Assembly: GCA_035719385.1 (NCBI GenBank)
Contig: DASTGG010000096.1
Location: 537-64,536 of the forward strand
Direction: 5' to 3'
DNA length: 64,000 nucleotides
Source of the DNA: Usitatibacter sp.
Lineage (GTDB): Bacteria; Pseudomonadota; Gammaproteobacteria; Burkholderiales; Usitatibacteraceae
Shown here: positions 8,284 to 19,775 of the stretch, in pieces
Position numbering within the stretch: the first letter of the stretch is position 1
Layout: every line of letters begins with the position of its first letter
Position numbers and translations under genes: made by a program
The notes under the pieces: generated by a model
What the model saw: only the letters and a program-made list of their open reading frames with translations
Database searches by the model: none
Told to the model about the DNA's origin: nothing

Positions 8284-9566
8284 AGAATTTTTTCACCCTC
8301 CTGGCCGCGGCCGGCCTCGCCCTCGCCGCCGCCAGCGCCCAGGCCGTGCCCAGCTTCGCGCGGCAGGCCAACCTCGATTGCGTCTCGTGCCACCTGAGCT
8401 GGCTCGAGCTCACGCCGACCGGCCGCCAATTCAAGCTCGCGGGCTACACGTGGGGCCAGCGATCGGAAGTGCCGCTGCTCGCCGGCATGCTGCAGGTGTC
8501 GCGCACGCAGACGCGCAAGCCCGGCGGCGAGGAGGCCGACAAGGATCGTGACATCGTGCTCCAGGAGGCGGCCCTGTTCGCCGCGGGCAAGCTCACCCAG
8601 CACTCGGGCCTCTTCGCGGAAGTCGCATACGAAGGCGTCGAGCGCAAGACGGCGATCGATGCGGTGGACGTGCGCTACGCGTGCCAGGTCGGCGAAGGCG
8701 ACACGGGCACGATCTACGGCTTCACGCTGAACAACAATCCCACGATCCAGGACGTGTACAACACCGTCCCGGCGTGGGGCTTCCCGTTCGCCGCCTCGGA
8801 AGTGGCGCCCTCGCCCAACGCCTCGACGATGATCGAGAGCCTGGGCCAGCAGGTCGTCGGCCTCGGCGCCTATGCGCAGTGGCACAAGACGATCTACGCC
8901 GAGGTGAGCGCGTATCGCACCGCCGACCGCGCCTTCTCGCTCTTTCGCGCGGGCCACGACCACGACGAATCGGCCGTGCTGCGGGGACTCAATCCGTACT
9001 GGCGCCTCGCGCTGCAGCACGAATGGGAAGGCAAGCACTCGGCCATGGTCGGCATGTACGGGATGAACGTGCGCAAGTATCCCGACAGCCTCGATCCAAC
9101 CGGCCCGACGGACCGTTTCCGCGACATCGGCTTCGATGCGCAGTACCAGTACGTGGGCCCCACGGATCATCGCTACTCCGCGCAGCTCAACTACATCCGC
9201 GAGAAGCAGTCGTGGCGCTCCGGCGCGGCGAGCAACGACACGAACCGGCTGAGCACTTTCCGCGCGAAGGCCACCTACTACTATCTGGACCGATACGGTA
9301 TCAACGTCGCCTGGTTCAACACGCGGGGCACCTCGGACGCGGCGCTCTACGATACCGGCGAGCCCGTGTCGGGAAGCGCCAACGCGAGCCCCGACACGCG
9401 CGGCCACATCGTCGAGCTCAACTGGCTGCCGCGTCGCGACCTGCGCCTCGTGCTGCAGTACACGGGCTACGACCGCTTCAACGGGGCGAAGAGCGACTAC
9501 GACGGCTTCGGCCGCAACGCGCGGGACAACAATTCGTTGTTCCTGCTGCTCTGGTACATGATCTAG
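8280..9566 (+). CDS. cyc2: Cyc2-like fused monoheme cytochrome c / outer-membrane porin
   Basis: After the signal peptide: AVPSFARQANLDCVSCH...LTPTGRQFKLAGY (Cyc2 signature AxPxFARQ-x4-CxxCH-x5-LTxxGRxFKxxG[YF]), then a Tyr/Trp-rich beta-barrel; 428 aa. Confidence 0.8.
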   Translation: MKNFFTLLAAAGLALAAASAQAVPSFARQANLDCVSCHLSWLELTPTGRQFKLAGYTWGQRSEVPLLAGMLQVSRTQTRKPGGEEADKDRDIVLQEAALFAAGKLTQHSGLFAEVAYEGVERKTAIDAVDVRYACQVGEGDTGTIYGFTLNNNPTIQDVYNTVPAWGFPFAASEVAPSPNASTMIESLGQQVVGLGAYAQWHKTIYAEVSAYRTADRAFSLFRAGHDHDESAVLRGLNPYWRLALQHEWEGKHSAMVGMYGMNVRKYPDSLDPTGPTDRFRDIGFDAQYQYVGPTDHRYSAQLNYIREKQSWRSGAASNDTNRLSTFRAKATYYYLDRYGINVAWFNTRGTSDAALYDTGEPVSGSANASPDTRGHIVELNWLPRRDLRLVLQYTGYDRFNGAKSDYDGFGRNARDNNSLFLLLWYMI

Positions 9567-9696
9567 CCGCAGGACCATTCCCGGGGCCATCCGCCGGCCG
9601 GCCCACAAGCCGACGCGAAAGCCTCTGACGCGGTCGCTTCCGCGCCTCCGCTATTGCGCGCGTTCGCGCAGTCCTACAGTCGTGGAAGGGAACTCC

Positions 9697-11070
9697 ATGA
9701 CACGACGAGAAGAAATTCCAGGCGACCGCGAGACGGTCCTCCAATCGGTGCGCACCAGCGGCAGCGGCAAGGTGAAGGTCGCGGTCGCGGACATCGACGG
9801 CATCCTGCGTGGCAAGTACGTCCACGTCGACAAGTTCTTCTCCGCCGTCGACGGGGGCATCGGCTTTTCCGTCTTCGGCACGGACCTGAACGATCGCCCG
9901 TACGACGACGGCTACGCGAGCGGCCGCCGGCTGGGCTTTCCCGACGCCACGGTCGAGCTCGACCTGAAGACCTTCCGCAGGGTGCCGTGGGACGGCAACG
10001 TGCCTTTCTTCCTCGGCAATTTCGTGAAGAACGACGGCTCGCCGCATCCGTTGTGCCCGCGGCAGGTCCTCAAGCGCGTGCTCGCGCGCGCCAACAAGAT
10101 GGGCTTCGGCGTGCTCGCCGGCGCCGAGTACGAATTCGTGAACTTTCGCGAGACGCCGGAGACGTGGGCGCAGAAGAAGGGCACGCGGCCGACGCCCATC
10201 ACGCACGGCATGATCGGCTACTCGCTGGTCGAGGCGAACCTGCACCGCGAGTACATCTCCGCGCTCATGGATGAGACGGCGCGCTTCGGCGTGCCCATCG
10301 AGAGCCTGCACACCGAGACGGGCCCCGGCGTGTACGAAGCGGCGATGCTCTTCGGCGACGCGCTCGAGGCCGCCGACCGCGCGATCCTCTTCAAGGACGC
10401 GGCGAAGGAGATCGCCTCGCGCTTCGGCATCATGCCGTCCTTCATGGCGAAATGGCACCCGAAGTATCCCGGCAGCGCGGGGCACATCCACCAGAGCCTC
10501 TCGGACGGATCGCGCAACCTCTTCCACGATCCTGACGGTGCCCATGGCGGCATGTCGAAGCTCTTCGAGAGCTACCTCGCCGGGCAGCTGCGCTACCTCT
10601 TCGAGCTCGCGCCGATGTTCTGGCCCACCATCAACTCGTACAAGCGGCTGGTGGACGGCTTCTGGGCGCCGGTGAAGGCCACCTGGGGCGTGGACAATCG
10701 CACCGCCGCCTTCCGCGTGCTGACGGGCTCGCCCAAGGCCACGCGCATCGAGACGCGCTGTCCCGGCGCGGACAGCAACGCATACCTCGCGATGGCCGCC
10801 TGCGTCGCCGCGGGGCTCGCGGGCATCGAGGAGAACCTCGCCCTCGCCACGCCGCCCATCCGCGGCGACAACGAGGGCGCCGAGGATGCGGTCCGCGCCC
10901 CGCGCACGCTCATCGAGACCACGCGCGTGTTCCACGCTTCGCGCCTCGCGCGCGAATGGTTCGGCGATGCGTTCGTGGCGTACTTCGCGGCCACGCGCGA
11001 GCAGGAATGGCGCGAGTGGCTCGACGCCGTCACGGACTGGGAATTGCGGCGCTATTTCGACGTGATCTGA
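9697..11070 (+). CDS. Glutamine synthetase family protein (probable gamma-glutamyl-amine ligase)
   Basis: DIDGILRGK, CPRQVLK, EYEF, HTETGPGVYE, FMAK, GSAGHIHQSL, NSYKRL, WGVDNRT, RIETRCPGAD motifs. Confidence 0.88.
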   Translation: MTRREEIPGDRETVLQSVRTSGSGKVKVAVADIDGILRGKYVHVDKFFSAVDGGIGFSVFGTDLNDRPYDDGYASGRRLGFPDATVELDLKTFRRVPWDGNVPFFLGNFVKNDGSPHPLCPRQVLKRVLARANKMGFGVLAGAEYEFVNFRETPETWAQKKGTRPTPITHGMIGYSLVEANLHREYISALMDETARFGVPIESLHTETGPGVYEAAMLFGDALEAADRAILFKDAAKEIASRFGIMPSFMAKWHPKYPGSAGHIHQSLSDGSRNLFHDPDGAHGGMSKLFESYLAGQLRYLFELAPMFWPTINSYKRLVDGFWAPVKATWGVDNRTAAFRVLTGSPKATRIETRCPGADSNAYLAMAACVAAGLAGIEENLALATPPIRGDNEGAEDAVRAPRTLIETTRVFHASRLAREWFGDAFVAYFAATREQEWREWLDAVTDWELRRYFDVI

Positions 11071-11077
11071 GGCGCGC

Positions 11078-12223
11078 TCAGCCGGGCTTGCCGTCCACGC
11101 GCGGGCGCGTGAGGATCGGCCAGTAGCGCACGGCGTAGATCGCGAACGCCACCGACCACAGCGTGGCGGACGCGAACACGGTGAAGACGTAAGCGGTGGA
11201 AACGACGGGCCCGAAGACCCGCACGAGCGCCGCGAGCTGCACGAGCGCATACGCAGTCACCTCCGCCCGGTCCGCGGCGAGCGGCCGGCCGGTGTGCCCG
11301 CGAGCCGTGCGCGTCATCATCCCGATGGTCATGCCGCCGATCACGCCGATGGTGAGCGCGTGGGCCGCCAGGTTCCCGGGAAAGAGGCCGAAGGCCGCGA
11401 GGCCGCGCAGCAGCAGGTGGATCGGGATCCACAGGTACGCCGCGTGCAGCACCCACACGAGCGGCACGCGCAGCGTGCGCCACGGATTCCACAGGGTCAG
11501 GCGCGCACCGTTCGCGGCCGCCGCGAGAAACGCCACGACGCCCACGAGGGCTGCGGGCAAGCGCAGCGCATCGGCGGCGAGCACGGCCAGCACCGTCGCC
11601 AGCGCCGCTTTCTCGAGCCAGGCCTTGCGCGTCGCGCCGGCTCCCGGCACGCCGTTGTTCGTGAACATCGGTATCACGCGCCCGGCCACGACCGTGATGA
11701 TGAAGAGCACGATGTCGAGGCCCACCTGGAGGCTGGCGCGCTCGGGCCAGCGCACCACACCCATCGCCGCCAGGTGGAACATGAGCACGGCGACCGATGC
11801 CGCGGCCAGGAGCGCGACGAAGAAGTAGTTGCGGCGGTTGCCGCTCGTGAACAGCGGCACCGCGATGCCGACGGCGACGGCCAGCGGGAACAGCGCGTTC
11901 ACGATCGCCGCCGCGAGCGCGAACGGCGTGAACACCAGGATGCGCCCCGCGAGCCAGAGGGCAACGATCAGGCCGAGCGCCGGGCCGGTCGGCGTCGGCC
12001 GGTTCGCCCAGTTGCGCACCGCCGTGAACAGGAAGCCCGCGACCACGGCGATGGCATAGCCGAAAAGCATCTCGTGCGCGTGCCAGAACGGGCCGCGAAT
12101 CGGCGCGCCGCCCAGGTAGCCGCCGTACTGCAGCGCCCAGAGCGCGATGGAGAGCGCCGCGTAGACGCTCGCGAGCCAGTAGAAGGGACGAAACCCGAGC
12201 GCGAGGACAGCCGGCATGGACAT
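11078..12223 (-). CDS. nnrS: NnrS family membrane protein (NO-stress)
   Basis: LGFRPFY, WHAHEMLFGY, GFLFTAVRNW, GRVIPMFT, HALTIG, MMTRTARGHTGR, PRVDGKPG. Confidence 0.92.
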   Translation of the reverse strand: MSMPAVLALGFRPFYWLASVYAALSIALWALQYGGYLGGAPIRGPFWHAHEMLFGYAIAVVAGFLFTAVRNWANRPTPTGPALGLIVALWLAGRILVFTPFALAAAIVNALFPLAVAVGIAVPLFTSGNRRNYFFVALLAAASVAVLMFHLAAMGVVRWPERASLQVGLDIVLFIITVVAGRVIPMFTNNGVPGAGATRKAWLEKAALATVLAVLAADALRLPAALVGVVAFLAAAANGARLTLWNPWRTLRVPLVWVLHAAYLWIPIHLLLRGLAAFGLFPGNLAAHALTIGVIGGMTIGMMTRTARGHTGRPLAADRAEVTAYALVQLAALVRVFGPVVSTAYVFTVFASATLWSVAFAIYAVRYWPILTRPRVDGKPG

Positions 12224-12313
12224 GGCTCCGAGATTACATGAGGAAGGACAAACGCGAGGCAGGGACAATTCCGCATAATGGCGCGGATTGCGGCCGGCCA
12301 CCGCGGGAGGCGG

Positions 12314-13381
<1,068 letters not shown>

Positions 13382-13411
13382 ATCCGCAACCACCACGAAA
13401 GGGAGAACGAC

Positions 13412-14686
13412 ATGCGATCTATCATCGCCCTCGTCACCACGGCCCTCCTCGCATTCGCACAGACGGCCTGGGCGGCCACGGAGCTCACCTTCTACTACCC
13501 GATCGCGGTCGGCGGCCCGCTCACGAAGGTGATCGATGGCCTCGCCGCCGAGTTCGAGAAGCAGAACCCCGGGATCAAGGTGCATCCCATCTATGCGGGC
13601 AACTACGACGACGCGCGCATCAAGGCGCTCGCCGCCATCAAGGCGGGACAGCCGGCGCAGCTCTCGGTGCTGTTCTCGATCGACATCTACGAGCTGCTCG
13701 AGCAGGACGTGATCGTGGCATGGGACGACGTGGCCACGAGCGCCGACGACAAGGCGTGGCTCAAGTCCTTCTATCCCGCGCTGATGATGAACGGGACGTA
13801 CAAGGGCAAGGTGTACGGCATCCCGTTCCAGCGCTCGACCATCGTGCTGTACTGGAACAAGGATGCATTCAAGGAAGCCGGACTCGACCCGAACAAGCCG
13901 CCGGCCGACTGGAACGAGATGGCCGCGATGGCGCAGAAGCTCGTGAAGAAGGACGCGAGCGGCAACGTCGCGCGCTGGGGCGTGGAGGTGCCTTCCACCG
14001 GCTACGCGTACTGGATGTTCCAGGCCTTCGCGCGCCAGAACGGCCAGGACCTGATGAATCGCGACGGCAACCAGACCAACTATGCGCATCCCGACGTCAT
14101 CGCGGCGCTGCAATACTGGCGCGACCTCGGCGCCAGGCACAAGGTGATGCCCGAAGGCACCATCGAATGGGGAACGCTGCGCCAGGCCTTCACCGAAGGC
14201 AAGACGGCGATGATGTGGCACACCACCGGCAACCTCACCGCGGTGAAGGACACGGCCAAGTTCCCGTTCGGCGTCGCGATGCTGCCCGCCTCGAAGCAGC
14301 GCGGCTCGCCCACCGGCGGCGGCAACTTCTATCTCTTCAAGAAGACCACGCCCGAGGAGCGGCAGGCGGCGCTCAGGTTCGTGAAGTTCATGACCACGCC
14401 CGAGCGCGCCGCCGACTGGAGCATCGCCACGGGCTACGTCGCCACGCGGCCCGACGCGTACGAGACGCCGAAGCTCAAGGAATACGCGGCCGGCTTCCCG
14501 CAGGCGGTGGTCGCGCGCGACCAGTTCCAGTACGCCACGCCGGAGCTGTCCACGTTCCAGACCGGCCGCGTGAGGAAGCTCCTCGACGACGCGATCCAGG
14601 CCTCGCTCACCGGGCAGAAGCCGCCCGCCGATGCGCTGAAGGCGGCGCAGGCCGAAGCGGACCGGCTGCTCAAGCCCTACCGCTAG
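13412..14686 (+). CDS. ABC transporter substrate-binding protein (UgpB-like)
   Basis: Signal peptide, IPFQRSTIVLYWNKDAFKEAGLDP, TGGGNFY; lies in the ABC operon. Confidence 0.9.
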   Translation: MRSIIALVTTALLAFAQTAWAATELTFYYPIAVGGPLTKVIDGLAAEFEKQNPGIKVHPIYAGNYDDARIKALAAIKAGQPAQLSVLFSIDIYELLEQDVIVAWDDVATSADDKAWLKSFYPALMMNGTYKGKVYGIPFQRSTIVLYWNKDAFKEAGLDPNKPPADWNEMAAMAQKLVKKDASGNVARWGVEVPSTGYAYWMFQAFARQNGQDLMNRDGNQTNYAHPDVIAALQYWRDLGARHKVMPEGTIEWGTLRQAFTEGKTAMMWHTTGNLTAVKDTAKFPFGVAMLPASKQRGSPTGGGNFYLFKKTTPEERQAALRFVKFMTTPERAADWSIATGYVATRPDAYETPKLKEYAAGFPQAVVARDQFQYATPELSTFQTGRVRKLLDDAIQASLTGQKPPADALKAAQAEADRLLKPYR

Positions 14687-14693
14687 GCGCGCG

Positions 14694-15557
14694 ATGAAGC
14701 ACGTGTACGGATGGCTGCTGCTGACCCCGGCGGCCATCCTGCTCATCGGCTTCACGCACTACCCGGCCGCCGCCACCCTCTTCGACAGCTTCTTCTCGAC
14801 GGGGACGGTGGTGCGGCCGTCGCGTTTCGTCGGCCTCGCGAACTACGCCGCGCTCGGCGACGACCCGATCTTCTGGCAGGTGCTCGGCAACAACATCGCG
14901 TTCGCCATCGGCACGATCCCGACCTCGATGGCGCTCGCGATGCTCATGGCGATATGGGTGAACGACCGGCTGCCGGCGCGCGCGCTGGTGCGCATGAGCT
15001 ACTTCACGCCGACGATCCTTCCGATGATCGCGGTGGCGAACCTCTGGCTCTTCTTCTACACGCCGCAGATCGGCCTGCTGGACCAGTTCCTCGGGATGTT
15101 CGGCGTGCGCAGCCACAACTGGCTCGGCGACCCGCACAGCGTGATGACCGCGATGGCGATCATGACGATCTGGAAGGAGGCCGGGTTCTTCATGATCTTC
15201 TACCTCGCGGCGCTGCAATCGCTGCCGCCGGAGCTGCAGGAGGCGGCGAAGATCGAGGGCGCCTCGCGGTGGTACTTCTTCCGCCGCGTGACCTTTCCGC
15301 TGCTGATGCCCACGACGCTCTTCGTGCTCGTGAACGCGACGATCAACTCGTTCAAGCTCGTGGACCACCTGTTCATCCTCACCAAGGGCGGCCCGGACAA
15401 CGCGTCCAACCTGCTGCTCTACTACATCTACCAGGTGGCGTTCAGCTTCTTCGACACGGCCTACGCCTCGACGCTCACGGTGGTGCTGCTGGTGTTGCTC
15501 GCCGCGCTCGCGATCGCGCAGTTCCAGCTCGTCGAGAAGCGGGTGCACTACCGATGA
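14694..15557 (+). CDS. ABC transporter permease (UgpA/MalF-like)
   Basis: Multiple TM segments; EAA loop EAAKIEGASRW. Confidence 0.92.
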   Translation: MKHVYGWLLLTPAAILLIGFTHYPAAATLFDSFFSTGTVVRPSRFVGLANYAALGDDPIFWQVLGNNIAFAIGTIPTSMALAMLMAIWVNDRLPARALVRMSYFTPTILPMIAVANLWLFFYTPQIGLLDQFLGMFGVRSHNWLGDPHSVMTAMAIMTIWKEAGFFMIFYLAALQSLPPELQEAAKIEGASRWYFFRRVTFPLLMPTTLFVLVNATINSFKLVDHLFILTKGGPDNASNLLLYYIYQVAFSFFDTAYASTLTVVLLVLLAALAIAQFQLVEKRVHYR

Positions 15558-16372
15558 GGCTGCCCGGCCGCGACCTGCCCCTGCTGGAAACCGCCGCCGC
15601 GTGGCTGCTGGCGCTGGTGTGGATCGCGCCGCTTGCGTACGCGTCCTGGGCGGCGGTGCACCCCGCCGCGCTCGCGACGCACTTCGACCCGCTCGCGCCC
15701 CTCACCCTCGACAACTTCCGCAAGGCCTGGACCTACGCGCCTTTCCCGCGCCACTTCGTGAACACCGTCATGCTGGTCACGATGATCCTGTGCGCGCAGC
15801 TCGTGCTCTGCACGCTGGCGGGCTTCGCATTCGCGCGCTTCGACTTCGCGGGCCACGACGTCGCCTTCGGCCTGGTGCTCGTGCAGCTCATGGTCATGCC
15901 CGAGGTGCTGATCGTCGAGAACTACAAGACCATGGCGAGGCTCGGGCTCGTCGACACGATCCTCGGCATCGGCCTGCCGTACATGGCGAGCGCCTTCGGC
16001 ATCTTCCTGCTGCGGCAGACGTTCAAGACCATCCCGCGCGAGCTCGAGGAAGCCGCCCGCGTCGAGGGGTGCTCGATGCTGGGCGTGCTATGGCGCGTGT
16101 ACGTGCCGCTCGCGCGGCCGACCTATCTCGCGTACGCGCTCGTCTCCGTGAGCTACCACTGGAACAACTTCCTGTGGCCGCTGGTGATCACCAACTCGGT
16201 GAATACGCGGCCGCTCACCGTGGGGCTCGCGATCTTCGGCGCGCCCGAGTCGGGCGTCGATTGGGCGGTGATCAGCGCCGGCACGCTGATGGCGGTCTCG
16301 CCGCTGCTGGTCGCCTTCCTGCTCTTCCAGCGCCAGTTCATGCAGTCCTTCATGCAGGCGGGGATCAAGTAA
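15554..16372 (+). CDS. ABC transporter permease (UgpE/MalG-like)
   Basis: ATGA overlap; EAARVEGCS; WNNFLWPL. Confidence 0.92.
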   Translation: MRLPGRDLPLLETAAAWLLALVWIAPLAYASWAAVHPAALATHFDPLAPLTLDNFRKAWTYAPFPRHFVNTVMLVTMILCAQLVLCTLAGFAFARFDFAGHDVAFGLVLVQLMVMPEVLIVENYKTMARLGLVDTILGIGLPYMASAFGIFLLRQTFKTIPRELEEAARVEGCSMLGVLWRVYVPLARPTYLAYALVSVSYHWNNFLWPLVITNSVNTRPLTVGLAIFGAPESGVDWAVISAGTLMAVSPLLVAFLLFQRQFMQSFMQAGIK

Positions 16373-16385
16373 CGCGCGCCGCGCC

Positions 16386-17102
16386 TCAGAACGTGCGCTC
16401 GTAACCCACCAGCAGCTTGAACGTCGCGCGCACGGCCTGCGCGTCGAGCGCGCGCAGGTAGCCCACCTCGTAGCGCACGTCCTGCGCGCCCGGCATGTCG
16501 AGCACGCCGAACAGCACCGGCCCGCCGAGCCTGCGCTTCGGCGATGCGACGCCCGCCTCGAGCGCGCCGCCGTAGATCTCGAAACCGGGCTGCAGGCGCT
16601 CCGACAGGTTCCAGCGTGTCTGCCATGCGTAGGTATAGGCCGTGGCATTGCGCGATCCGGCGCCGCGCTCGCGCACCGCGAAGACGTTGAGCAGGCTCGT
16701 GGTGGGCCCCATGCGCACGCGCAGCATCGGGCCGGCGCGCAGCGCATGCGGCCCCCGGCCCGCACCGCGCTCGACCTCGACGAAGAGCCCGAGATCGCCC
16801 CACCGCGCGCCACGCGGCGACAGCCGGAAGCGGTTCTCGAAGGTCGTGGCCTCGAACCGGCTGTTGCCGCCGGCGCCCGGGTCGCGCACCCACTCGCCCT
16901 CCACCGCGGGCGACCACCATTCGTTCACGCCGTATTCGAGCTCGACGACGTGCGAGCGCGCGTGGTCGCGCGCGGCGGCGAGCTTGTAGTCGAGCTCCAG
17001 CTCGCGCACGTCCACGGCCGGCGAGCGGATCTCGAAATCGGCCGCCGCGGCCGCGACGCATGCGCACGCGGCCACGAGCGATGCCAGTCGCGCGGCCCGC
17101 AT
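16386..17102 (-). CDS. Putative small outer-membrane beta-barrel protein
   Basis: Signal peptide, amphipathic beta-strands, terminal Phe (GYERTF). Confidence 0.6.
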   Translation of the reverse strand: MRAARLASLVAACACVAAAAADFEIRSPAVDVRELELDYKLAAARDHARSHVVELEYGVNEWWSPAVEGEWVRDPGAGGNSRFEATTFENRFRLSPRGARWGDLGLFVEVERGAGRGPHALRAGPMLRVRMGPTTSLLNVFAVRERGAGSRNATAYTYAWQTRWNLSERLQPGFEIYGGALEAGVASPKRRLGGPVLFGVLDMPGAQDVRYEVGYLRALDAQAVRATFKLLVGYERTF

Positions 17103-17127
17103 CGGCCTGCCCGCGGGCCGCAATCGC

Positions 17128-18081
17128 TCAGTCCACCTTCGCGCCGGTCTGCTTCACGACGTCGCCCCATTTCGTGATCTCGCTGGCGACGTATTCCGAG
17201 AACTGCTGCGGCGTGCCGCCGACGGGCTCGAACGTGAGCGCCTCGAGGCGCTCGCGGACATCCGGAGCCTTGAGCGCGCGGTTGATGGCATCGTTCAGCT
17301 TCCTCACGATCTCGGGCGGCGTGCCCGCGGGCGCGAAGAAGCCGACCCAGGTGTACTCCTCGATCGGATAGCCCAGCTCCGTGAAGGTCGGCACGTCGGG
17401 CAGCAGCGGATGGCGCTTCGCCTGCGAGATCGCGAGCGCGCGCAGCTTGCCGGAACGGATGAACTGCAGCGGCGCGGTCACCGCGAGCGACCCGATGGGC
17501 GGCTGGCCGGAGACGACAGCGGAGGCCGCGGGGCCGGCGCCCTTGTGCGGCACGTGCACGACGTCGAGCTTCGAGATGGCGCGGAAGATGTGCTCGCCGG
17601 TCAGGTGCGGCGTCGTGCCCGTTCCCGGCGATGCGTACGCGAGCTTCTGCGTCTTCGCCAGCTCGAGCAGCTCGGCGAGCGTCTTCGCGGGGAACTCGGA
17701 GTTCACCACGATCACGTTCGCCTGCGTGGCCGCCTGCACGATCGGCGTGAACTGCTTCGCCTCGTAACCGGGGTTGGAGAAGAGCGTCACGTTCACCGCG
17801 AACGCGCTCGAGGTGGCGAGGATGGTGTAGCCGTCGGGTGCTGCATTGGCGACCACCTGCGCGCCGAGGTTGCCCGAGGAGCTCGGGCGGTTCTCCACCA
17901 CGGCCGGCTCTCCGAGCGCCTCCTGCATGCGGGTCGCGACGAGGCGTGCGACCACGTCCACCGGCCCGCCCGGCGCGAACGCCACGATGATGTGCACCGG
18001 CTTCGTGGGATAGGCCTGCGCGAGGGCGCCGAGCGGTGCCAGCATCGCCACCGCCGCCAGCATCGTTGCCAGTCGTTTCAT
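17128..18081 (-). CDS. Bug/TctC substrate-binding protein
   Basis: YPTKPV..FAPGGPVD, VENRP, DGYT, HVPHKGAGPA. Confidence 0.93.
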   Translation of the reverse strand: MKRLATMLAAVAMLAPLGALAQAYPTKPVHIIVAFAPGGPVDVVARLVATRMQEALGEPAVVENRPSSSGNLGAQVVANAAPDGYTILATSSAFAVNVTLFSNPGYEAKQFTPIVQAATQANVIVVNSEFPAKTLAELLELAKTQKLAYASPGTGTTPHLTGEHIFRAISKLDVVHVPHKGAGPAASAVVSGQPPIGSLAVTAPLQFIRSGKLRALAISQAKRHPLLPDVPTFTELGYPIEEYTWVGFFAPAGTPPEIVRKLNDAINRALKAPDVRERLEALTFEPVGGTPQQFSEYVASEITKWGDVVKQTGAKVD

Positions 18082-18091
18082 CGTTTCCTCC

Positions 18092-19765
18092 TCAGCTGAC
18101 TGCCGTGGGAGCCACCGCCTCGATGTCCGTGACGACGTCGATCACCGCCGGGCGATTCGCGGCGAGCGCCTGCGCGAGCGCGGCGGGAAAATCCGCGGCC
18201 TTCTCGACGCGGATGCCGAGCGCGCCCATGTCCTCGGCGATGCGGGCGAAGTTCGTCGCATTGAAGGTCCACAGCTCGCGGCCCTTCTGCGTCTGCTTGC
18301 CGCCGTAGGCGCGGTCGAAGCCGCGCATCGACTGGTTGCCGCCGCCGTTGTTGTTCACGACCGTGACGGCGTTGATCTTCCAGCGCACCGCCGTCTCGAT
18401 CTCGGCGATGTGGTACCAGAAGCCCGCATCCCCGGTGAACGTGATGACGGGACGCTCGGGACAGCCGCACTTGGCGCCCAGCCCGGCAGGGAACGCCCAG
18501 CCCAGGTGGCCGGCGCTGCGCAGGTATTGCTGGCCCGCCTTCACGTCGAACATGCCGCCCATCCACATGCCGGCGTGCCCCGTGTCCACGACGACGATCG
18601 CGTCGTCGGGCGCATGCTTCGAGAGCTCGTGGCAGATGCGCTCGGGCCGGATCGGCGACGCATCGGAGGCGAAGGCCTCGCGATACTTCGCGGCGTATTC
18701 GTCACATACCTGCCGCACCGCCGCGAGCCACGGCTTGCGGCCCGCGGCCGTGGCGCCGTCCGCTTCCGCCACCATGCGCGCGAGCGCGACCCGCGCGTCG
18801 CCGTTGATGCCGGCCTTCACGGGATAGTTGCGCCCGATGACCGCGGGATCGATGTCGAGCTGGATCGCGGGCACGCCGATCTTCGGCACGGCCCAGAAGT
18901 GCGTGGTCATGCCGCCCGCCTCGGTGCCCACGAAGAACACGAGGTCCGCCTGCGCCACGGCGCGGTTCGCGCTCTCGCGCGAATACGTCCCGGCCACGCC
19001 CACGCAGAGCGGATGGCTCGCGGCGATGGCGTCCTTCGCATTGAGCGAGGTCGCGACGGGAACCTGCAGCTTCTCCGCGAGGGCCACGAGCTCGCGCGCG
19101 GCCCCGGAGGCGCGCACGCCGCCGCCCGCGACGATGATGGGCTTCTGCGCTTCCTGCAGCAGCTTCAGCGCGGCGCGCACGCTGGCCGCGTCGGGCTCGG
19201 GACGGAACGGCGGCACCTGCGCGAACTGCTTCTCCGCGATGCCGTCGAACTCCAGCTCCTCCTGGTCCACCTGCCCCTCGTTGCCGCGGAACTGCAGGTG
19301 CACGGGACCCGGGCCGCCGGTGACCGCGACGCGGAATGCCTGCCGCACCATGTCGGGGATGCGCTCCACCGAATCGACCGTCGCGTTCCACTTCGTGACG
19401 GGCTCGAACGACGGCACGTCGTCCACCTCCTGGTAGACCTTGCGGAACTTGGTCTTCGGATCGCGCCCGCCCGTGAACGCGATCACCGGCGAGTGCGCGA
19501 GCCAGGCATCGCGAAGCCCCGCCGCGAGGTTGAGCGCGCCCACCACCTGCGCCATGCACACGCCGGGCCGCCCCGACGCGCGCGCATAGCCGTCGGCCAT
19601 GTACGCCGCGGCCTTCTCGCCGTGCACGTGCAGCCGCTTGATGGCCGTGCGGTACTCCAGCTCCGCGAAAGTGCGCCGCAGCACCGCGGGCACCATGAAC
19701 ACGTGCGTCACGCCGTAACCCGCGAGCAGGTCCGCCAGGGCCTGCGCGCCCGTCATCTTCGCCAT
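18092..19765 (-). CDS. ThDP-binding protein (acetolactate synthase large-subunit-like, probably catabolic)
   Basis: HGEKAAAYMADGYARASG, GPVHL, FTGDAGF...VVNNN; no small subunit nearby. Confidence 0.88.
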   Translation of the reverse strand: MAKMTGAQALADLLAGYGVTHVFMVPAVLRRTFAELEYRTAIKRLHVHGEKAAAYMADGYARASGRPGVCMAQVVGALNLAAGLRDAWLAHSPVIAFTGGRDPKTKFRKVYQEVDDVPSFEPVTKWNATVDSVERIPDMVRQAFRVAVTGGPGPVHLQFRGNEGQVDQEELEFDGIAEKQFAQVPPFRPEPDAASVRAALKLLQEAQKPIIVAGGGVRASGAARELVALAEKLQVPVATSLNAKDAIAASHPLCVGVAGTYSRESANRAVAQADLVFFVGTEAGGMTTHFWAVPKIGVPAIQLDIDPAVIGRNYPVKAGINGDARVALARMVAEADGATAAGRKPWLAAVRQVCDEYAAKYREAFASDASPIRPERICHELSKHAPDDAIVVVDTGHAGMWMGGMFDVKAGQQYLRSAGHLGWAFPAGLGAKCGCPERPVITFTGDAGFWYHIAEIETAVRWKINAVTVVNNNGGGNQSMRGFDRAYGGKQTQKGRELWTFNATNFARIAEDMGALGIRVEKAADFPAALAQALAANRPAVIDVVTDIEAVAPTAVS

Positions 19766-19775
19766 GTGCCCTTCC

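Noticed and set aside
9697-11070. Calling this gene glnA
   Set aside because: It looks like the GS-like gamma-glutamyl ligase subgroup and lacks ntrBC context, so no symbol was given.
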